A stretch of DNA of 64,000 nt from Plasmodiophora brassicae (taxonomy: Eukaryota). Below, in pieces: positions 24,201 through 37,019 of this stretch (within the stretch, counting starts at the first letter, position 1; every line of letters begins with the position of its first letter). The position numbers and the translations under genes were made by a program. A model generated the notes under the pieces. The model did not search any database, was not told the origin of the DNA, and worked only from the letters and a program-made list of their open reading frames with translations. The stretch is taken from positions 1,984,001-2,048,000 of the forward strand of contig CP145409.1 in assembly GCA_036867785.1 (NCBI GenBank), in the 5' to 3' direction.

Positions 24201-25569
24201 ATGGGCGTTTCCCTGCGTATCACCATCATGGCGCCGTCCCTGATCCTGATCGCTCTCCTCGGGAGATATCGCGTCGACGCTGTCAGGCTCCGCTCCAGCG
24301 ACCTTGTTGACCATATCGTCAACGATTCGGCCGCCATCCAGCACTCCGCAGTGCTGGGCGACCTCCTCGCTTGTCTCAACGACGTGGATCCGATTCCTTT
24401 GTCAGCCATCGCCAACGCCGAGCTGGATACGATCGTGACGTTCATCAACGCAACGGCATCGCACGAGGTATTCCAGGTTCGTTCAATGCGAGTAGACGAT
24501 AACCAATGATTAACAGATCGAGGCTGCTGGCCAATTCGCGCACGACGTCTTCGAGGCAACGGGCCTGCAGGCCCAGTGCCGGCTGATGGTCGCCGCCAAT
24601 TACCTGGACATGCGCGGCCTGATGGACGCGATTACGTCTACGAAGCGTTCCTGGGGCGACATCACTGCCATGCGCGACACGCTACAGACAGACCCCTTCT
24701 GGTACGTTGTGAGCAACGCGCCTGGCATTGTCCGCCTTGGTCAGGTCGCGGACACCACAGCCAGGAAGTCGATCGTACGCCAGATTCAAGGTCTGCTCAT
24801 CGCTGGCGGCAACGCCACCGTGCTTAATGGCGTGCTCTGGCACCGCCTTGAGACCTTGCTGTTGTGGGCGACACGCAACAACGAGGAACGGATCGTCGAG
24901 TTTCTCGTGGATGCTCCCGGGATCGACGTCAACGTGCGTGACTATTTGCAGAGCACGCCTCTGCACAGAGCAGCGCCTGCCGGGTATCTCGGCATCGTCA
25001 TATTGCTGCTGCGCTTCCCCGGTGTCGATGCCAACCTGCGGGACGGCGCCCACATGACGCCATTGCACTGGGCGGTGATCCATCGTCGTCGCGATGTTGT
25101 CGCATTGCTGGCCCATGCGCCCGGGACCGACGTGAACGCCTACAACGACGACCTAATGACGCCCCTGCATTACGCCGTGCTTGCCGGGTATGACGACATC
25201 GTTGAATTGCTGCTGGGGGCACCCGGGATCGACGTCAATGCACGTGACGATATGCAGACGACCGTGTTGCACGTTCTTGCTGTATCCGGTGGGTACGCAC
25301 AGATCGCTGAGTTGCTATTACGCGCCCCGGGGATAGACGTCAACGCGCGCAACAGCCAGCGAAAGACGCCGCTCCACGTCGCCGCATCGACGGGACATCT
25401 GGCCGTGGTCGAATCCCTGCTGAGCGCCCCCGGAATCGATCTGCTCGCCCTGGACAACCTCAATCGGACGGCGTTCGGCATTGCGACGGCGCACGCCCAC
25501 CACGAGGTCGCCCTGCTGTTGCACGCTCACGTCGACGTCGGCGGCCCTAGTAGTGGCGTGCAGCAGTAA
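24201..25569 (+). CDS. Secreted SKP1/BTB-like plus ankyrin-repeat protein (candidate effector)
   Basis: Signal peptide, then VRLRSSD..H, PIPLSAIANAELDTIVTFI and LMVAANYLDMRGL (SKP1-like), then about 7 ankyrin repeats TPLH.A...G....V.LLL.APGIDVN. One intron at ~24468-24517. Confidence 0.85.
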
Positions 25570-25847
25570 CGAATATACGTCGTCATTAGGCGTAACCTGG
25601 CAGGGACGTGTCGACAAGAGGTAGGCTTCGATCGCACGCCAGTACCGGACCGGTACGGCGGCGTCCCTTGCGGTGTTCGTACCGGCGCCACCTCCCCGGT
25701 AACCTACGAGGCGTGCGGCCGCGGGATCCCGGATCGGCACTGCTGTTTCGCCGGGACGGGTTTCCGCTGCTCAGATGGTTTCGCAGGGTTCGATCGTTGG
25801 TTCGTGCCCAGTCGAACGTCACCGACCCTGTGCTGAGCCCAGGCCGA

Positions 25848-26555
25848 TGAACATCGTTATCATTGCTGCGCTAGTCGTCGTTGTCGGAGGCGTCGTCGAC
25901 GCGACCCGCCCCGCGGCTGCGACTCCTGCCACCTCGCTGACGTCTCAGAGCCAGCGACCACAGGGGACGGCCCGGGCCCCAGCATCGACATCGCATCCGC
26001 CTTCCGTACCGCAAGCTGCTACAGTGCCTGTGGCACGTGGAGAGCATGGTTGGTGGCAGCAACAGCCGACCGTCCTTCCCAGCGTTCATCACCTGTTCCA
26101 TGACGTGTTCTGGCACAGTCCTGTGCAGATACCAGGCTTGCGTCACCCGCCTCGTTTCGTTCGGCTTCATCCACTGTCCTCGTTAAATTCGTTGCTGCCA
26201 CTGTGCGATCCCATGTTCCGCCAAACCTTTGCTGAGCTGTACTTGCTATGGTCCCAGTTCGCACGACTGGACCCCGAATTCCTGGTGGAGCACGAGCCCG
26301 TGCCTGCCCGCGCGTACACGCAATCGGAACCGTACCGTCTGCTCCGGTCCTCCTTGTGTCTGTCGCACCTCATTATCCAGGTCGGCGTGACCCGGACCAT
26401 GGTCTTTGTCGTCGTGCCGTACCGTCAGCCTGCTTCACGCCCCGGCAACCTTCGCGCTGTTCGGCGCCCTTCGCTACGCTCACGTGGACAAACGTCAGCC
26501 GTCCAGCAGCACTGGTAGAGCCATTACCCAGCCGCAACAACGTCGTGATTCATAA
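25848..26555 (+). CDS. Predicted secreted hypothetical protein
   Basis: MNIVIIAALVVVVGGVVDA signal peptide, an Ala/Pro/Thr-rich linker, then a helical region. Probable intron after ~26380; 3' end uncertain. Confidence 0.55.
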
Positions 26556-26794
26556 AAACACACCTGGGAGTTGATGCGTTGTTCTGTCGCGTGTTCCTCG
26601 AATTCGACTGTTTCCGCCGGATCGTTCTCGCGTGTCAGGACAATGGACAGTTTGACAGCGTTTTTGGTCGTCGTCTGGAAGTTGACGGCCGACCCGGTAG
26701 GACGAGTGCGGCAAAACAGGCGCACGACCATTGTCCATCTTGATTTTTTTCGCGGCGCGGCGGCGGGCGTGGCCCAGACTGCAACCGGTGCATC

Positions 26795-29700
26795 ATGCTG
26801 GACATACCGTCCGACACGGTCGTGCAGTCGCCGTCCGTGTTCACGTCGCGCCTGTACCGGCGCCTGCCGCGGTACTCGCCGGCGCGACTCGACGTCGGGC
26901 CGTTCGTGATTGGGTATGCGATCGCCCTGGCGGCCATCTATGCCGTGGTGACGTCGCCATCGGTCGACGTGTCGACCGAGGTGACCACCGTGTCGCCCAG
27001 CCCTGAGGCCGTCGTCGAAGCCGCAGCCGATGACAGCAGCGCCGTTGTAAATATCACAGAAATGGCCGATTCCAATGCAACGATGGCGACGAGCGCCACG
27101 GCGCCGAGTAAATCCCCATTGGCGTTCATGGATGGCTGGAGCACGCATACGATTCTCGTGTTCGTGTCCTGCATATTGCTGCTCGCCTGTCATGGAATCA
27201 CCATCCTGTCGACCAGCTGGTACGTGCCCGTGTATCGCCGCCGCCGTTTGCCCGACTCTGACCCTGGTCACGCAGGTCGGTGTCTCTCAAATGCTTCATC
27301 AGGTACCGTCGCGTGCGATCCGTCCGTCACGCGACTGCCGTTGCCGTTAAACCCTCACCAACGTCATCGTGGTCTCTATGCAAGATTGAGGTCTGTTCTG
27401 GATGCTCTGGTTACCTATATCGATGGCGCGCTCACTGGTGTGCAGAAAATCGCAGGGCAGCGCGGGTTCACCCACCAACGACGGAAATTCATATGGTCGC
27501 AGGATCATTCCGCGTTTGTCGAGCTTGACTTCCCGACGGCGCACGCTCGTCAGCACTATGTTCGGGCACAGGGTCTTGGTCACGACGATGACGAAATGTT
27601 TATCAAGCGATCGAAGTACGGCCTGAACCTATTCGACGTCCCGCTACCTTTGTTTTCGACACTCTTTGCCGAGCACGCCACCGCCCCGTTCTTCGTCTTC
27701 CAAATGTTCTGCGTCGGCCTCTGGCTTCTGGACGAGTACTGGTATTACTCACTGTTGACCCTGTGTATGTTGGTTCTCTTCGAGATGTCTGTCGTGAAGC
27801 GCCGCCTAGGTCAGACATCATCGTCGTGCGTGAATTCTCCCAGGGCTCCTCATCCCATCGTACAGTGTCAATGGAGCAAGTCAGGAGTATGCGGGCGGCG
27901 CCGTATGAAGTCACCGTGTACCGCGCCGGTCGCTGGAGAACCGTGTCCACCTCTGAACTGCTTCCCGGGGACCTGTTGTCTTTGAAACGATATGGAGAAG
28001 GCCTGGTCCGAAACGTTCCTTGTGACGTTGTCCTCATACGCGGACACTGCGTTGTCGACGAGTCGCTTCTTACTGGCGAATCCGTTCCACAGGTTTGCTT
28101 ATTGCGTGCCTGCTGACAGCGCCGCTGTGCAACTAACGCTGTCGCTGTGTAGCTCAAAGAGCCGCTGGCAGCGTCCGGTGAACTGTCCAAACCATTGGAC
28201 ATTGACGGTGCTGATAAGGCTCACGCGATCTTCGGTGGCACGCGCGTCATTGTTCATTCGATGACAGAGACGGGGCCCGCGTCCGTCAAACGTCCCGCCG
28301 ACGGTGGTTGCATCGTATACGTTCTCAGGACTGGCTTTCACACGTCGCAAGGACGGCTTCTGTCGACGATTCTGTGCTCAACCGAGCGCGTCACTGTGAA
28401 CAACGCCGAATCCTTCCTGTTCATTGCGTGCCTGCTGCTGTTCGCGATCGTTGCTGCCGGATACGTTCTGATTCACTCCTGGTATGACCCAACGCGGTCG
28501 CGTGCGAAGCTCATCCTGAACTGCATCATGATTGTCACGTCGGTCGTGCCGCCCGAGCTCCCTATGGAACTGTCGCTTGCCGTGAACACTTCACTCTCGG
28601 CGTTGATGCAGAAGCGTATCTTCTGCACGGAGCCATTTCGGATTCCGTTCGCCGGGGCCGTTGACACCGTCTGCTTCGATAAGACCGGCACGCTCACCGA
28701 CGACACCTTTGAATTCCTCGGTGTTGCGTGCTCGGCACCTCCCGACTACGAACCGGACGATAAGTTTGACGTACGTATCAACAGGTGGTTGGGTTACCGT
28801 TGCGTGCTGAATCCTCTGGCAGTTATGTCCTGCCGACCAAGCGCCGATATGGTCAAGAAGAGTCATCGGGACGTGTCACAGCCTGGTCCATCTCGACGGT
28901 GGCCTAGTCGGCGACCCTCTCGAAAAGGCGGCTCTCTCTGCTGTTGGCTGGCAGACGTCGGGATCGAATGCTGGCGTTAATTCGGTTCGCGGTCAAGGAG
29001 AGCAACTTCGGATTGTTCGCCGGTTTGCATTTGAATCAGGTCAGCATCGACTTTATGGCGGTTCTTCCATTGTTTAACCATCCGTATCAGCGCTGCGCCG
29101 GATGACGTGTATCATCAATGTCAATGACTCGGAGTCGGCCGTTGTTTCTAAAGGGGCACCCGAAGCTATTGCTGAACTGTGCTGTTCTGTCCCTCCCGAT
29201 TTCGACTGCGTGCATCGTCACTTCTCGAGGCTCGGCTGTCGTGTCCTCGCGATGGCGTACAGGCATCTCCGCGTTGGAAACCACGCTGTTGTCAACGAAT
29301 CGCAAGCGATGCAACTCGAAAGGCGCGAAGTCGAACGGGATCTGATCTTCGTCGGCTTTATGGTCCTCCAGAGCCCGATCAAGCCCTTGTCGCAATCGAC
29401 GGTGAAGGCTTTCCGTAGCAGCTCACACCATGTTGTCATGATCACGGTACGTGACGTGGAACCGGTAGCCTATGTCGTCAGGCTAACGTGATCCACGGTC
29501 GCAGGGTGATCACGCGCTGACCGCCTGCGAGGTATCCAGGCGTTTGACGATCATACCGTCGGAGGCTCCTGCCGTTATCCTTACCCCTCGATCTGGTATG
29601 TCGGTTGGTTCGTCGCTGGCTGCTGCTGGTTAATGGTTCATTCGGCAGATGACAGCGGCCTGGACTGGATCGCCGTAACGGATCATGCAAGTGCAACACC

Positions 29701-30973
29701 GTTCGACCTCAAGACGATTGTCCCACCGTTCCGCGCGTCACTCTGCGTCACCGGTGCCGCCCTTGGTGCGATCGTCGACGACGAGCAGCGCAGCCGCCTC
29801 ATTCGTGCAACGTCCGTTTTCGCACGTGTGTCTCCTGACCAGAAGCAGACCATCATCACGTCGCTGAAGTCGTCTGGTCGAGTGACTCTGATGTGCGGTG
29901 ACGGTACGAACGACATTGGTGCCCTGAAGCAAGCGCACGTCGGCGTCGCCCTGCTCGCGTCTGCGTCGGAGTACAGCAGTAAGGCCCCGACGGCAAAGTA
30001 GGCGCGCGCCTCGTTGCCTGAGGCGCTGCAACCATTGACGTCTGTCGTGCGCAGCAGGGAGAAGAGCAAGTCAGCGTCTAGTGCCGGTTCTGCTCCTGCG
30101 ACTGCTTCGTCGCGTCGTGTCGCTGGATCTCGTCGCGGGGCCCCACCTCCGGGAGCGCTTCGCGATCGTCTCATGGAGGATCTGTCCGACGGCCCCAGCG
30201 TCGTTCCGTTAGGCGATGCGTCCGTCGCGGCGCCGTTCACGTCGAAACGGAGCCAGGTCGACTGCTGCCTCGACATTGTTCGCCAGGGACGATGCACGCT
30301 GGTCACCACCATGCAGATGTATCAGATCCTGGCGCTGCAGTGCCTCGTGTCGGCGTACTCGCTGTCGGTCCTGTACCTAGACGGCGTCAAGCTCGGCGAC
30401 ACGCAGATGACCTGTACGGGCATGTGCGTCGCCATGATGTTCCTGTTCATATCGCGTGCCAAACCGCTGGATCGTCTGTCGGCGGAGCGCCCGCAGTCGT
30501 CCGTCTTCACCGTCCAGATGTTCCTGTCGATCGTCGGCCAGTTCTGCATCCACCTGTGCGCGCTGATCACGGCCGTCTCCTGGGCGAAACCGTACGCCCC
30601 AACGGACGCGGCGTCGCTGAACCCAGATGGCGAGTTTACCCCGAACGTCCTCAACACGGTCGTCTACCTGGTGTCGTCGTCGATGACGCTGGCGACGTTC
30701 GCCGCCAACTACAAGGGCCACCCGTTCATGGCCAGCCTGGCCGAGAACAAGGCGCTGCTCCGGGCGCTGATGGGCGCCGGCGCGTTCCTGCTGGGTGCGA
30801 CCGTCGAGATGATGCCCGAGCTGAACGAGTTCCTCGAACTGCACGCCATGCCTGCCGGCGCGTTCCGATACGACCTGGCGCTGCTGATGATCGGCGACTT
30901 TGTCGGATCCGTCGCCTACGAACAGCTGCTGTCCCGGATCTGCCTGCGCAGGTCGACACGCCTCGTCGCCTAA
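26795..30973 (+). CDS. SPF1: P5A-type ATPase (Spf1/ATP13A1 family), multi-exon
   Basis: [81 protein letters not shown]. Confidence 0.93.
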
Positions 30974-31038
30974 GCGCCCCGGGCCGACCGATACAGGGGG
31001 AAACCAGCTAGCTGCCTTGTGCCGGCAGTGTATTCGTT

Positions 31039-31881
31039 TCATGTCGATTGGTTCTGTAGTTGAGCCGCGGCGACCGCCAGGTCTATGATGGCGGGGGCGA
31101 CGCTGCCGACCGTCGGCCCATCGTTGCCGGCGGCGCCCAGCGCCACGGGCGCCCCTTGCCCACTATGTACTCTGCCGATGTGCGCCTTCAGCGACGACTT
31201 CTGCCGGAACGTCTTATCGCACTGGTCGCACTCGAACTTGGCGCCCTGGTGGTGCACGGCCGTATGGGAGAACAGGTTGCCCTTCTGGGCGAACGTTTTC
31301 CTGCAGATCGTGCACTCGTACGGGCGGTCGCCCGAGTGGAACCGCTGGTGGTTCGACAGCGTGAACGACGTGGCGAACGCCTTCCCGCAAATATTGCACC
31401 CGTACGGGCGCTCGCCCGTATGTACGCGTTTGTGTTTGGCCAGCGCCGACGTCTGCGAGAACGCTTTCCTGCAGACGGTGCACTCGAACGGTTTGTCGCC
31501 GGTGTGGATCCGCGAATGGGTCGTCAGGTTGCAGCGCTGCGAGAACGACTTGAGGCAGACCGGGCACTGGAACGGGCGTTCGCCGCTGTGTACCCGGGCG
31601 TGCCGGTCCAGCTGCGACTTGGACGGGAACACCTTGTCGCAATGTGCGCAGGGCAGCTCGTTACCGGACGGCGGCCGAGACGCAGACGCGGCGGTAGGCG
31701 ACGACACCGGCGACGTTGGTGCCGGTGACGAGTCGCCGTCGGCCGTGGCGCCGGCGTCGTTGGCGGCCGGGGCCGGTTCAGGCGTCAAGTACTCGGTTGC
31801 CCTGGCGAGCTCATCGACGAGCCCGTTCCGATCGTCGGACGGCATTGCGGGAATGGTGGCGCGCTCGCCGCCCGACTGCAC
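31039..31881 (-). CDS. C2H2 zinc-finger protein, 6 fingers (paralogue A, intronless)
   Basis: Continuous 280-aa ORF with HSGERPF/HTGDKPF linkers. Confidence 0.92.
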   Translation of the reverse strand: MQSGGERATIPAMPSDDRNGLVDELARATEYLTPEPAPAANDAGATADGDSSPAPTSPVSSPTAASASRPPSGNELPCAHCDKVFPSKSQLDRHARVHSGERPFQCPVCLKSFSQRCNLTTHSRIHTGDKPFECTVCRKAFSQTSALAKHKRVHTGERPYGCNICGKAFATSFTLSNHQRFHSGDRPYECTICRKTFAQKGNLFSHTAVHHQGAKFECDQCDKTFRQKSSLKAHIGRVHSGQGAPVALGAAGNDGPTVGSVAPAIIDLAVAAAQLQNQST

Positions 31882-32426
31882 AATGGGTGCCTGACCGGAT
31901 CAGGACCGGATGATGATTCACGCGCGTGGCCCGGTGACGTCACTGCACTGGCCGAGGGTGCGTAATGGCCCGCCCCGGTAGTTGGCGGGTGTGCGCGCCG
32001 CGACTGGATCAGGTACCGAGGATGGGGAGCGCGCGCCGCCCTGGGGCTGCAGCTCGACTGTCCGATACAGCTTCTGCCGTCAGCGGCCTGTGTTCGGCGC
32101 CCGGAATACCCCGCACGCAGCAACACGCGCAGTTTCCCGATGCTGCCTACGACGCCGCTCAGCCGCTGTTCGCCCGCCTTATGTGCCGGCCGATGCCCGC
32201 ACGCCGCCCAATGACACAATAGGCGAACGCCGGCGCTGATAAAACAAGTCACACGCGGTGGGTGGGCCCCACACCGGGTTGCGTTACACTGACTGATGGT
32301 TCACACCATACGGGCCGCGACGTCCGGGCCCGACCACCCGTACAGTACCGCCTTCTTCTGGATCGGGGCGGCGCGTTACACGGCCGACGGAGGGGGCTCA
32401 CAGTAACGCCCGCTGGGGCGGCGATA

Positions 32427-33132
32427 TCACGTCGCCGTGTGTACTTTGGCGACATGCGCTTTCAGCGACGATTTCTGCCGGAACTTCCGGTCGCACCGGT
32501 CGCAGGCGTACTTGGCGTCCTCGTGCGTGGCCGCATGCGAGAACAGGTTGCCTTTCTGCAGGAACGTCTTGTTGCAGATCTCGCACTGGTACGGCCGGTC
32601 GCCCGAGTGACATCGCTGATGGTTCGTCAGCGTGAACGACGTCGCGAACGCCTTGTTGCACACGGTGCAGCGGTACGGACGTTCGCCCGTATGTACCCGC
32701 CTATGCTTGACCAGCGACGACGACTGCGAAAACGACCGTCTGCAGATGCCACACTCAAACGGCCTATACGCAGAGCACCTGTCAGACGCGTCCGGTTTCC
32801 TCGGAGTGCCTCAGCGCACCTGTCTCCAGAATGGATGCGATGATGCGCGACGAGGTTGCAGGACTGGCGTTGGCGAATGAGAATAGGCCTGCCGATGACA
32901 GATTCGGCGTTCTGGGTTACTCTACCTGCGAGAACGACTTCAGGCAGACGTTGCATGTGAACGGGCGTTCGCCGCTGTGCACGCGAGCGTGTCGTTCGAG
33001 AAGCGACTGGCACGAGAACGCCTTCGGACAGTCAGGGCAGACTAGCACGCCGCCACCGGATATCTCCTCGGCTCCCGGCAACGCTGGCATGGAGAACAGA
33101 CTGCCTTTGTCGTCGGTCGCCAACGTGGCCAT
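32427..33132 (-). CDS. C2H2 zinc-finger protein, 6 fingers (paralogue B, 2 introns)
   Basis: ORF pieces 32917-33243 and 32427-32663 are closely similar to paralogue A. GT-AG introns follow SFSQ and HSGDR. Confidence 0.88.
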
Positions 33133-33403
33133 GACGCAACTTCCTCGCCACGCACATTTCCGGGGGTGCAGCTTCGACTGGGCGACGCGCGTGGGTCCAG
33201 CTGTCCAGCTGCCCGCCTCCTCGTGAAACAGGTCCAGGCCCACGTTGCAACCGTGTTGCCAAACACAAGGGGGCTGCCGGTCGTTGTTGGTCCCCCAAAT
33301 CCAGGCTGGGCTGTTGCTGTTGCTCGAGACTGTGCGGGTATGTATTAATTGCTGACTGGTCTACCTGCACGCGGACGCCGCTGGCTCCAGGTTTAGCGCG
33401 CGA

Positions 33404-34843
33404 ATGCATCGTCGTGTTGCTGTGAAGGCGGCGTTCTGCACGGGTGCTGCTGCTGCGCAACGACGTGCACGTGCATCGCCTCCCGTGATGGCATCCGTGC
33501 CGATCGGGTTGCACCATCGGCAGTGGCACTGGTTCGAGTCGTTCCTGAAGCGCCCGTCGATGGGGATGGCCATACGCGCACTTCGTCACGATGACGACGC
33601 GCACCGCGGCTGGGCTGTGTTCCAGCACGTCCTTCGACTGGGATGCCCCGTCGATGTCCGTCTCTTCATGACCATGATGATGTTCTGCAGACGGCACCTG
33701 CCGTCGAAAGCGCCCCAGGTCCTCCGGACGGCCGTGTCCGTCGGGGTCCCCGTCTCCAACGACGACGGTCTCTTCTGCACGTTCCTGAGCGCATGTCAAC
33801 GTGCGGGCCGCCATCTTCTCGACGAGTCCATCGACGTGTACCGGGAACACGGCCCGAGGTCACACGACGTCCTGTTCACGTTGGCGCATTCCTGCCGGGT
33901 CGCACAACGTCCCGGGGATGCGTTGTTCCTCGTCCAGGACGCCATCGAGAACGCAGTGGAATTCAGTGAACGTCTCCTGTCGATCTTCGCGGCGTGCTGC
34001 GCCGAATCCACCAAGTCGGCCAATGTCGCCGAACAGCTCCTGGATGTGATTCGGTCCAGGCGCACGGGCGCACCCACCAGGAACCATCGTGTGTTCGCCA
34101 ATCTCGTTAAGGTGCTGCTGGCCGAGTCCAGGTACAGTCGGGCGATCTCGACGCTCGACCTGATGGACGGCATCGGCCTACCGCCGACAGAAGGCCTGTT
34201 CAACCACCTGCTCTGCGTCCTGGCCAACGCTGACCACATCCTGCAAGCGTTCACCGTGTTCGACGTGATGGTTGCCAGAGACGTTCTCGTCGACAGCACA
34301 GCGCTTAGCCAGCTGATCGTCAAGTCTACCCGTCTAGCGTCCCTTCGTGTATTGGACAAATACGTTTCGAAGCACCCGGACGTCCTCGACGGGTATGTTG
34401 CCTGCTCCTTCATCTCCGCCTACGGTCGATTCGGCAACATCGCCCTTGCCGAACGCGTCTTCCACCGCATCGACTCCCCGGACGCACCGACGTACAACGC
34501 CATGGTCGTCGCGTACTGCCGCGCCGGCATGCTGCCGCATGCAATCGACACGTTCGAACGGTACCACGTTGCCGACCGACACCCGTCGGCGTGCAACAGT
34601 GCCCTGTCGGCGTTCGCCAGAGCGGATTCCATTCCGCGCGCTCTCTTCGTCCTCCATGCCATGCAGGAACGCAACGTCCCGGTGACGGCGGCGGCCCTGT
34701 GCTCGCTCGTCGCCGCATGTGCTCGATGCTCGGATCGTAATACGTTGAACATGCTCCTGGACGACGCACGCCTGCGTGACGACCCAGCTCTAGTGTCGGC
34801 GTTCGACTCGGCCAGTGCCTGCCTGTCTGTCGCAGGTGTCTAA
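33404..34843 (+). CDS. Pentatricopeptide-repeat (PPR) protein
   Basis: Intronless 479-aa ORF with SFISAYGRFGNIALAERVF, TYNAMVVAYCRAG..AI..F and FNHLLCVLA..AF.VFD.M. The basic N-terminus resembles a mitochondrial presequence. Confidence 0.85.
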   Translation: MHRRVAVKAAFCTGAAAAQRRARASPPVMASVPIGLHHRQWHWFESFLKRPSMGMAIRALRHDDDAHRGWAVFQHVLRLGCPVDVRLFMTMMMFCRRHLPSKAPQVLRTAVSVGVPVSNDDGLFCTFLSACQRAGRHLLDESIDVYREHGPRSHDVLFTLAHSCRVAQRPGDALFLVQDAIENAVEFSERLLSIFAACCAESTKSANVAEQLLDVIRSRRTGAPTRNHRVFANLVKVLLAESRYSRAISTLDLMDGIGLPPTEGLFNHLLCVLANADHILQAFTVFDVMVARDVLVDSTALSQLIVKSTRLASLRVLDKYVSKHPDVLDGYVACSFISAYGRFGNIALAERVFHRIDSPDAPTYNAMVVAYCRAGMLPHAIDTFERYHVADRHPSACNSALSAFARADSIPRALFVLHAMQERNVPVTAAALCSLVAACARCSDRNTLNMLLDDARLRDDPALVSAFDSASACLSVAGV

Positions 34844-35440
34844 AGTAATATTGTCGGGTTGATAACTGCCAGGCAATGCGACGCCTGTGTGCATGGACGT
34901 CCGCTGCGAGCGCCCAACGGCAAGCCGGTGCCGGGCAGCTGCGGTACGACCTTGGTCGATTGACTCCACTCCCTGTAGTTGAAGTTACTAGGCCTGCGCC
35001 AGAGTACGGTCGGGTACCACCTTGCGTTAATTAGGAGAATGCGAGCCGTATTCGCGCCAACTAACGAACGTGGTGGCCAACAAACGGCAGCCAACCGGGC
35101 TACCTGTAACGGTGCGAGGGATCGCACGTCGTTCCTGCCGGCAGACGGTGACCTGTGCGCGACAGGTGTAGCTGCGCCTGGGACCGCCTGTCGCCAGCGC
35201 TGGACTTGTCGCTGCGGCGCGCGACTGTGCCTCGAGTCGCGCGCCCGGCCGCCAGTCCGTGTAGTTCTGTTTTTTGGAATTGGAGACAGGCCACGGACTT
35301 GCGCGTGACACTCACTCCGGTACGCGGTTTCTTTCGGTGCTGTCTTCCCGCGCGGCGGGCTGGAAGTTGGGCGGGCCGAACCCGAACGGTGGCGGTCGCG
35401 GTCGGCGGGTTCCTTGTCCCAGGGCGCGCGATCCCTACGG

Positions 35441-36212
35441 ATGATGGCGGCGCAGCGAGGTCCCTTGCCGCCGTTCCCGAGCATGTTCGTCCACGTCGTC
35501 GAGCAGGAGTTCCCGTGCAGCCAGTGCGACAAGGTATTCCCGACGCGCGCGCAGGTTGAACGCCACATGCGAGTCCATAACCCGGATCGGCCGTTCACCT
35601 GCGACGTCTGCATGAAGACGTTCACGCAGAAGTGCAACCTCAGCAAGCACGCGCGTATCCATACCGGCGACAAGTACGGGATGTGGACCGCTCATGTGAT
35701 GCTCCCGGTCTGACGCACGCGTAGGCCGTTCGAGTGCACGATCTGCCGGAAGGCGTTCGGCAGGCGGTCGGTCCTGACGAAGCACATGCGGGTGCACACC
35801 GGCGAACGATCATACCATTGCACTGTCTGCGGCAAGGACTTCGCCACGTCGTTCTCGTTGTCCAACCATCAGCGCTTCCACAGCGGCGACCGGCCGTACG
35901 AGTGTTCCATCTGCAGAAAGACGTTTGCCATGAAGGTTTGATTCCGATCATGTGTTCGCCGGAATGCATTGTGCTCATCAGTCTAACGTGTGCTATTTGG
36001 AATCCACAGGGCAATTTGACGTCGCATCTGACGGTCCAGTAAGCCGAAATTCAGTATGCACTGATGGAAATTACGTTGCTCACAGCCGTGTACCGTTTAG
36101 TACGGAAGGCGCAAAGTTCGACTGTGAGCATTGCGAGAAGAGGTTCCGACACAAATCGTCGCTGAAGACGCACATCGCTAAATTTCACCCACTGCCGGCG
36201 TCGTCGTCGTGA
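35441..36212 (+). CDS. C2H2 zinc-finger protein, 6 fingers (paralogue C, 3 introns)
   Basis: Fingers read across the introns at ~35674, ~35936 and ~36039. Ends KSSLKTHIAKFHP. Confidence 0.88.
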
Positions 36213-36432
36213 TTTGTCAGACTGCATAGGATCTACGGTTCGACTGTTATATCCATAAACCGAATCAATGCTCGTCGACGTCGGCTACCGACCGCAATAC
36301 TGGTAGGGGTGCCGCATAGGGACGCTGAACCGATGTGACCCTGTCCTGGCATACGTCGCCGTTGTCAACAGGGGGTGCCTGGCGGACGTTGGGCCCATAG
36401 CCCCGCGGCGACGACGTTGTACGCGACCCACA

Positions 36433-36907
36433 CCTATCAGCACCCGGTTCAGTGACCAGAAACGGTATGACACAATGTGGCCAATACTCAAAGGTCCTCC
36501 AACGACGTCAGTTGCCCGATCTCGGCAGGAATCGACTGCAACTGACTGGATGACAAGCACCTAACAGCACCGGTCCAGTTACCAGAAACGGTATCACACA
36601 ACGTGGCCAATACGAACAGCTCCTCCAACGACGTCAATTGCCCGATCTCGGCAGGAATCGGCTGCAACTAAGTGGAACTCAAGTCCTTATCAGCACGGGT
36701 TGCTGATAGGGGCTTGATGTTGCAGTCGATTTCTGCCGAGATCGGGCAATTGACGTCGTTGGAGGACCTGCACGTATTGGCCACATTGTGTGACACCGTT
36801 TCTGGTAACTAAACCGGTGCTGATAGGTGCTTGTCATCCAGTCAGTTGCAGTCGATTCCTGCCGAGATCGGGCAATTGACGTCGTTGCAATCCCTTTGAC
36901 TATTGGC
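36433..36907. repeat. Fold-back inverted repeat made of four degenerate LRR exon+intron cassettes (~126-bp unit)
   Basis: Two units on the minus strand and two on the plus strand meet head-to-head at tatcagca-cgggt-tgctgata (36688-36708). Each exon-like part encodes L.S.QLQSIPAEIGQLTSL..L. Confidence 0.9.
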
Positions 36908-37019
36908 GCTTAGTGCGAATACGGTTTCTAGCGCAACACGTTCATCGCAGCATATCGAGTCGACGACGACATCAGAAGAGAAAACGAGCAGCAGCAGGCG
37001 AAGAAACCGAGTAGGTAGA

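Noticed and set aside
36433-36907. CRISPR-like repeat/spacer array
   Set aside because: The whole ~126-bp unit repeats with no unique spacers, it translates as an LRR, the context is eukaryotic and no cas genes are present.
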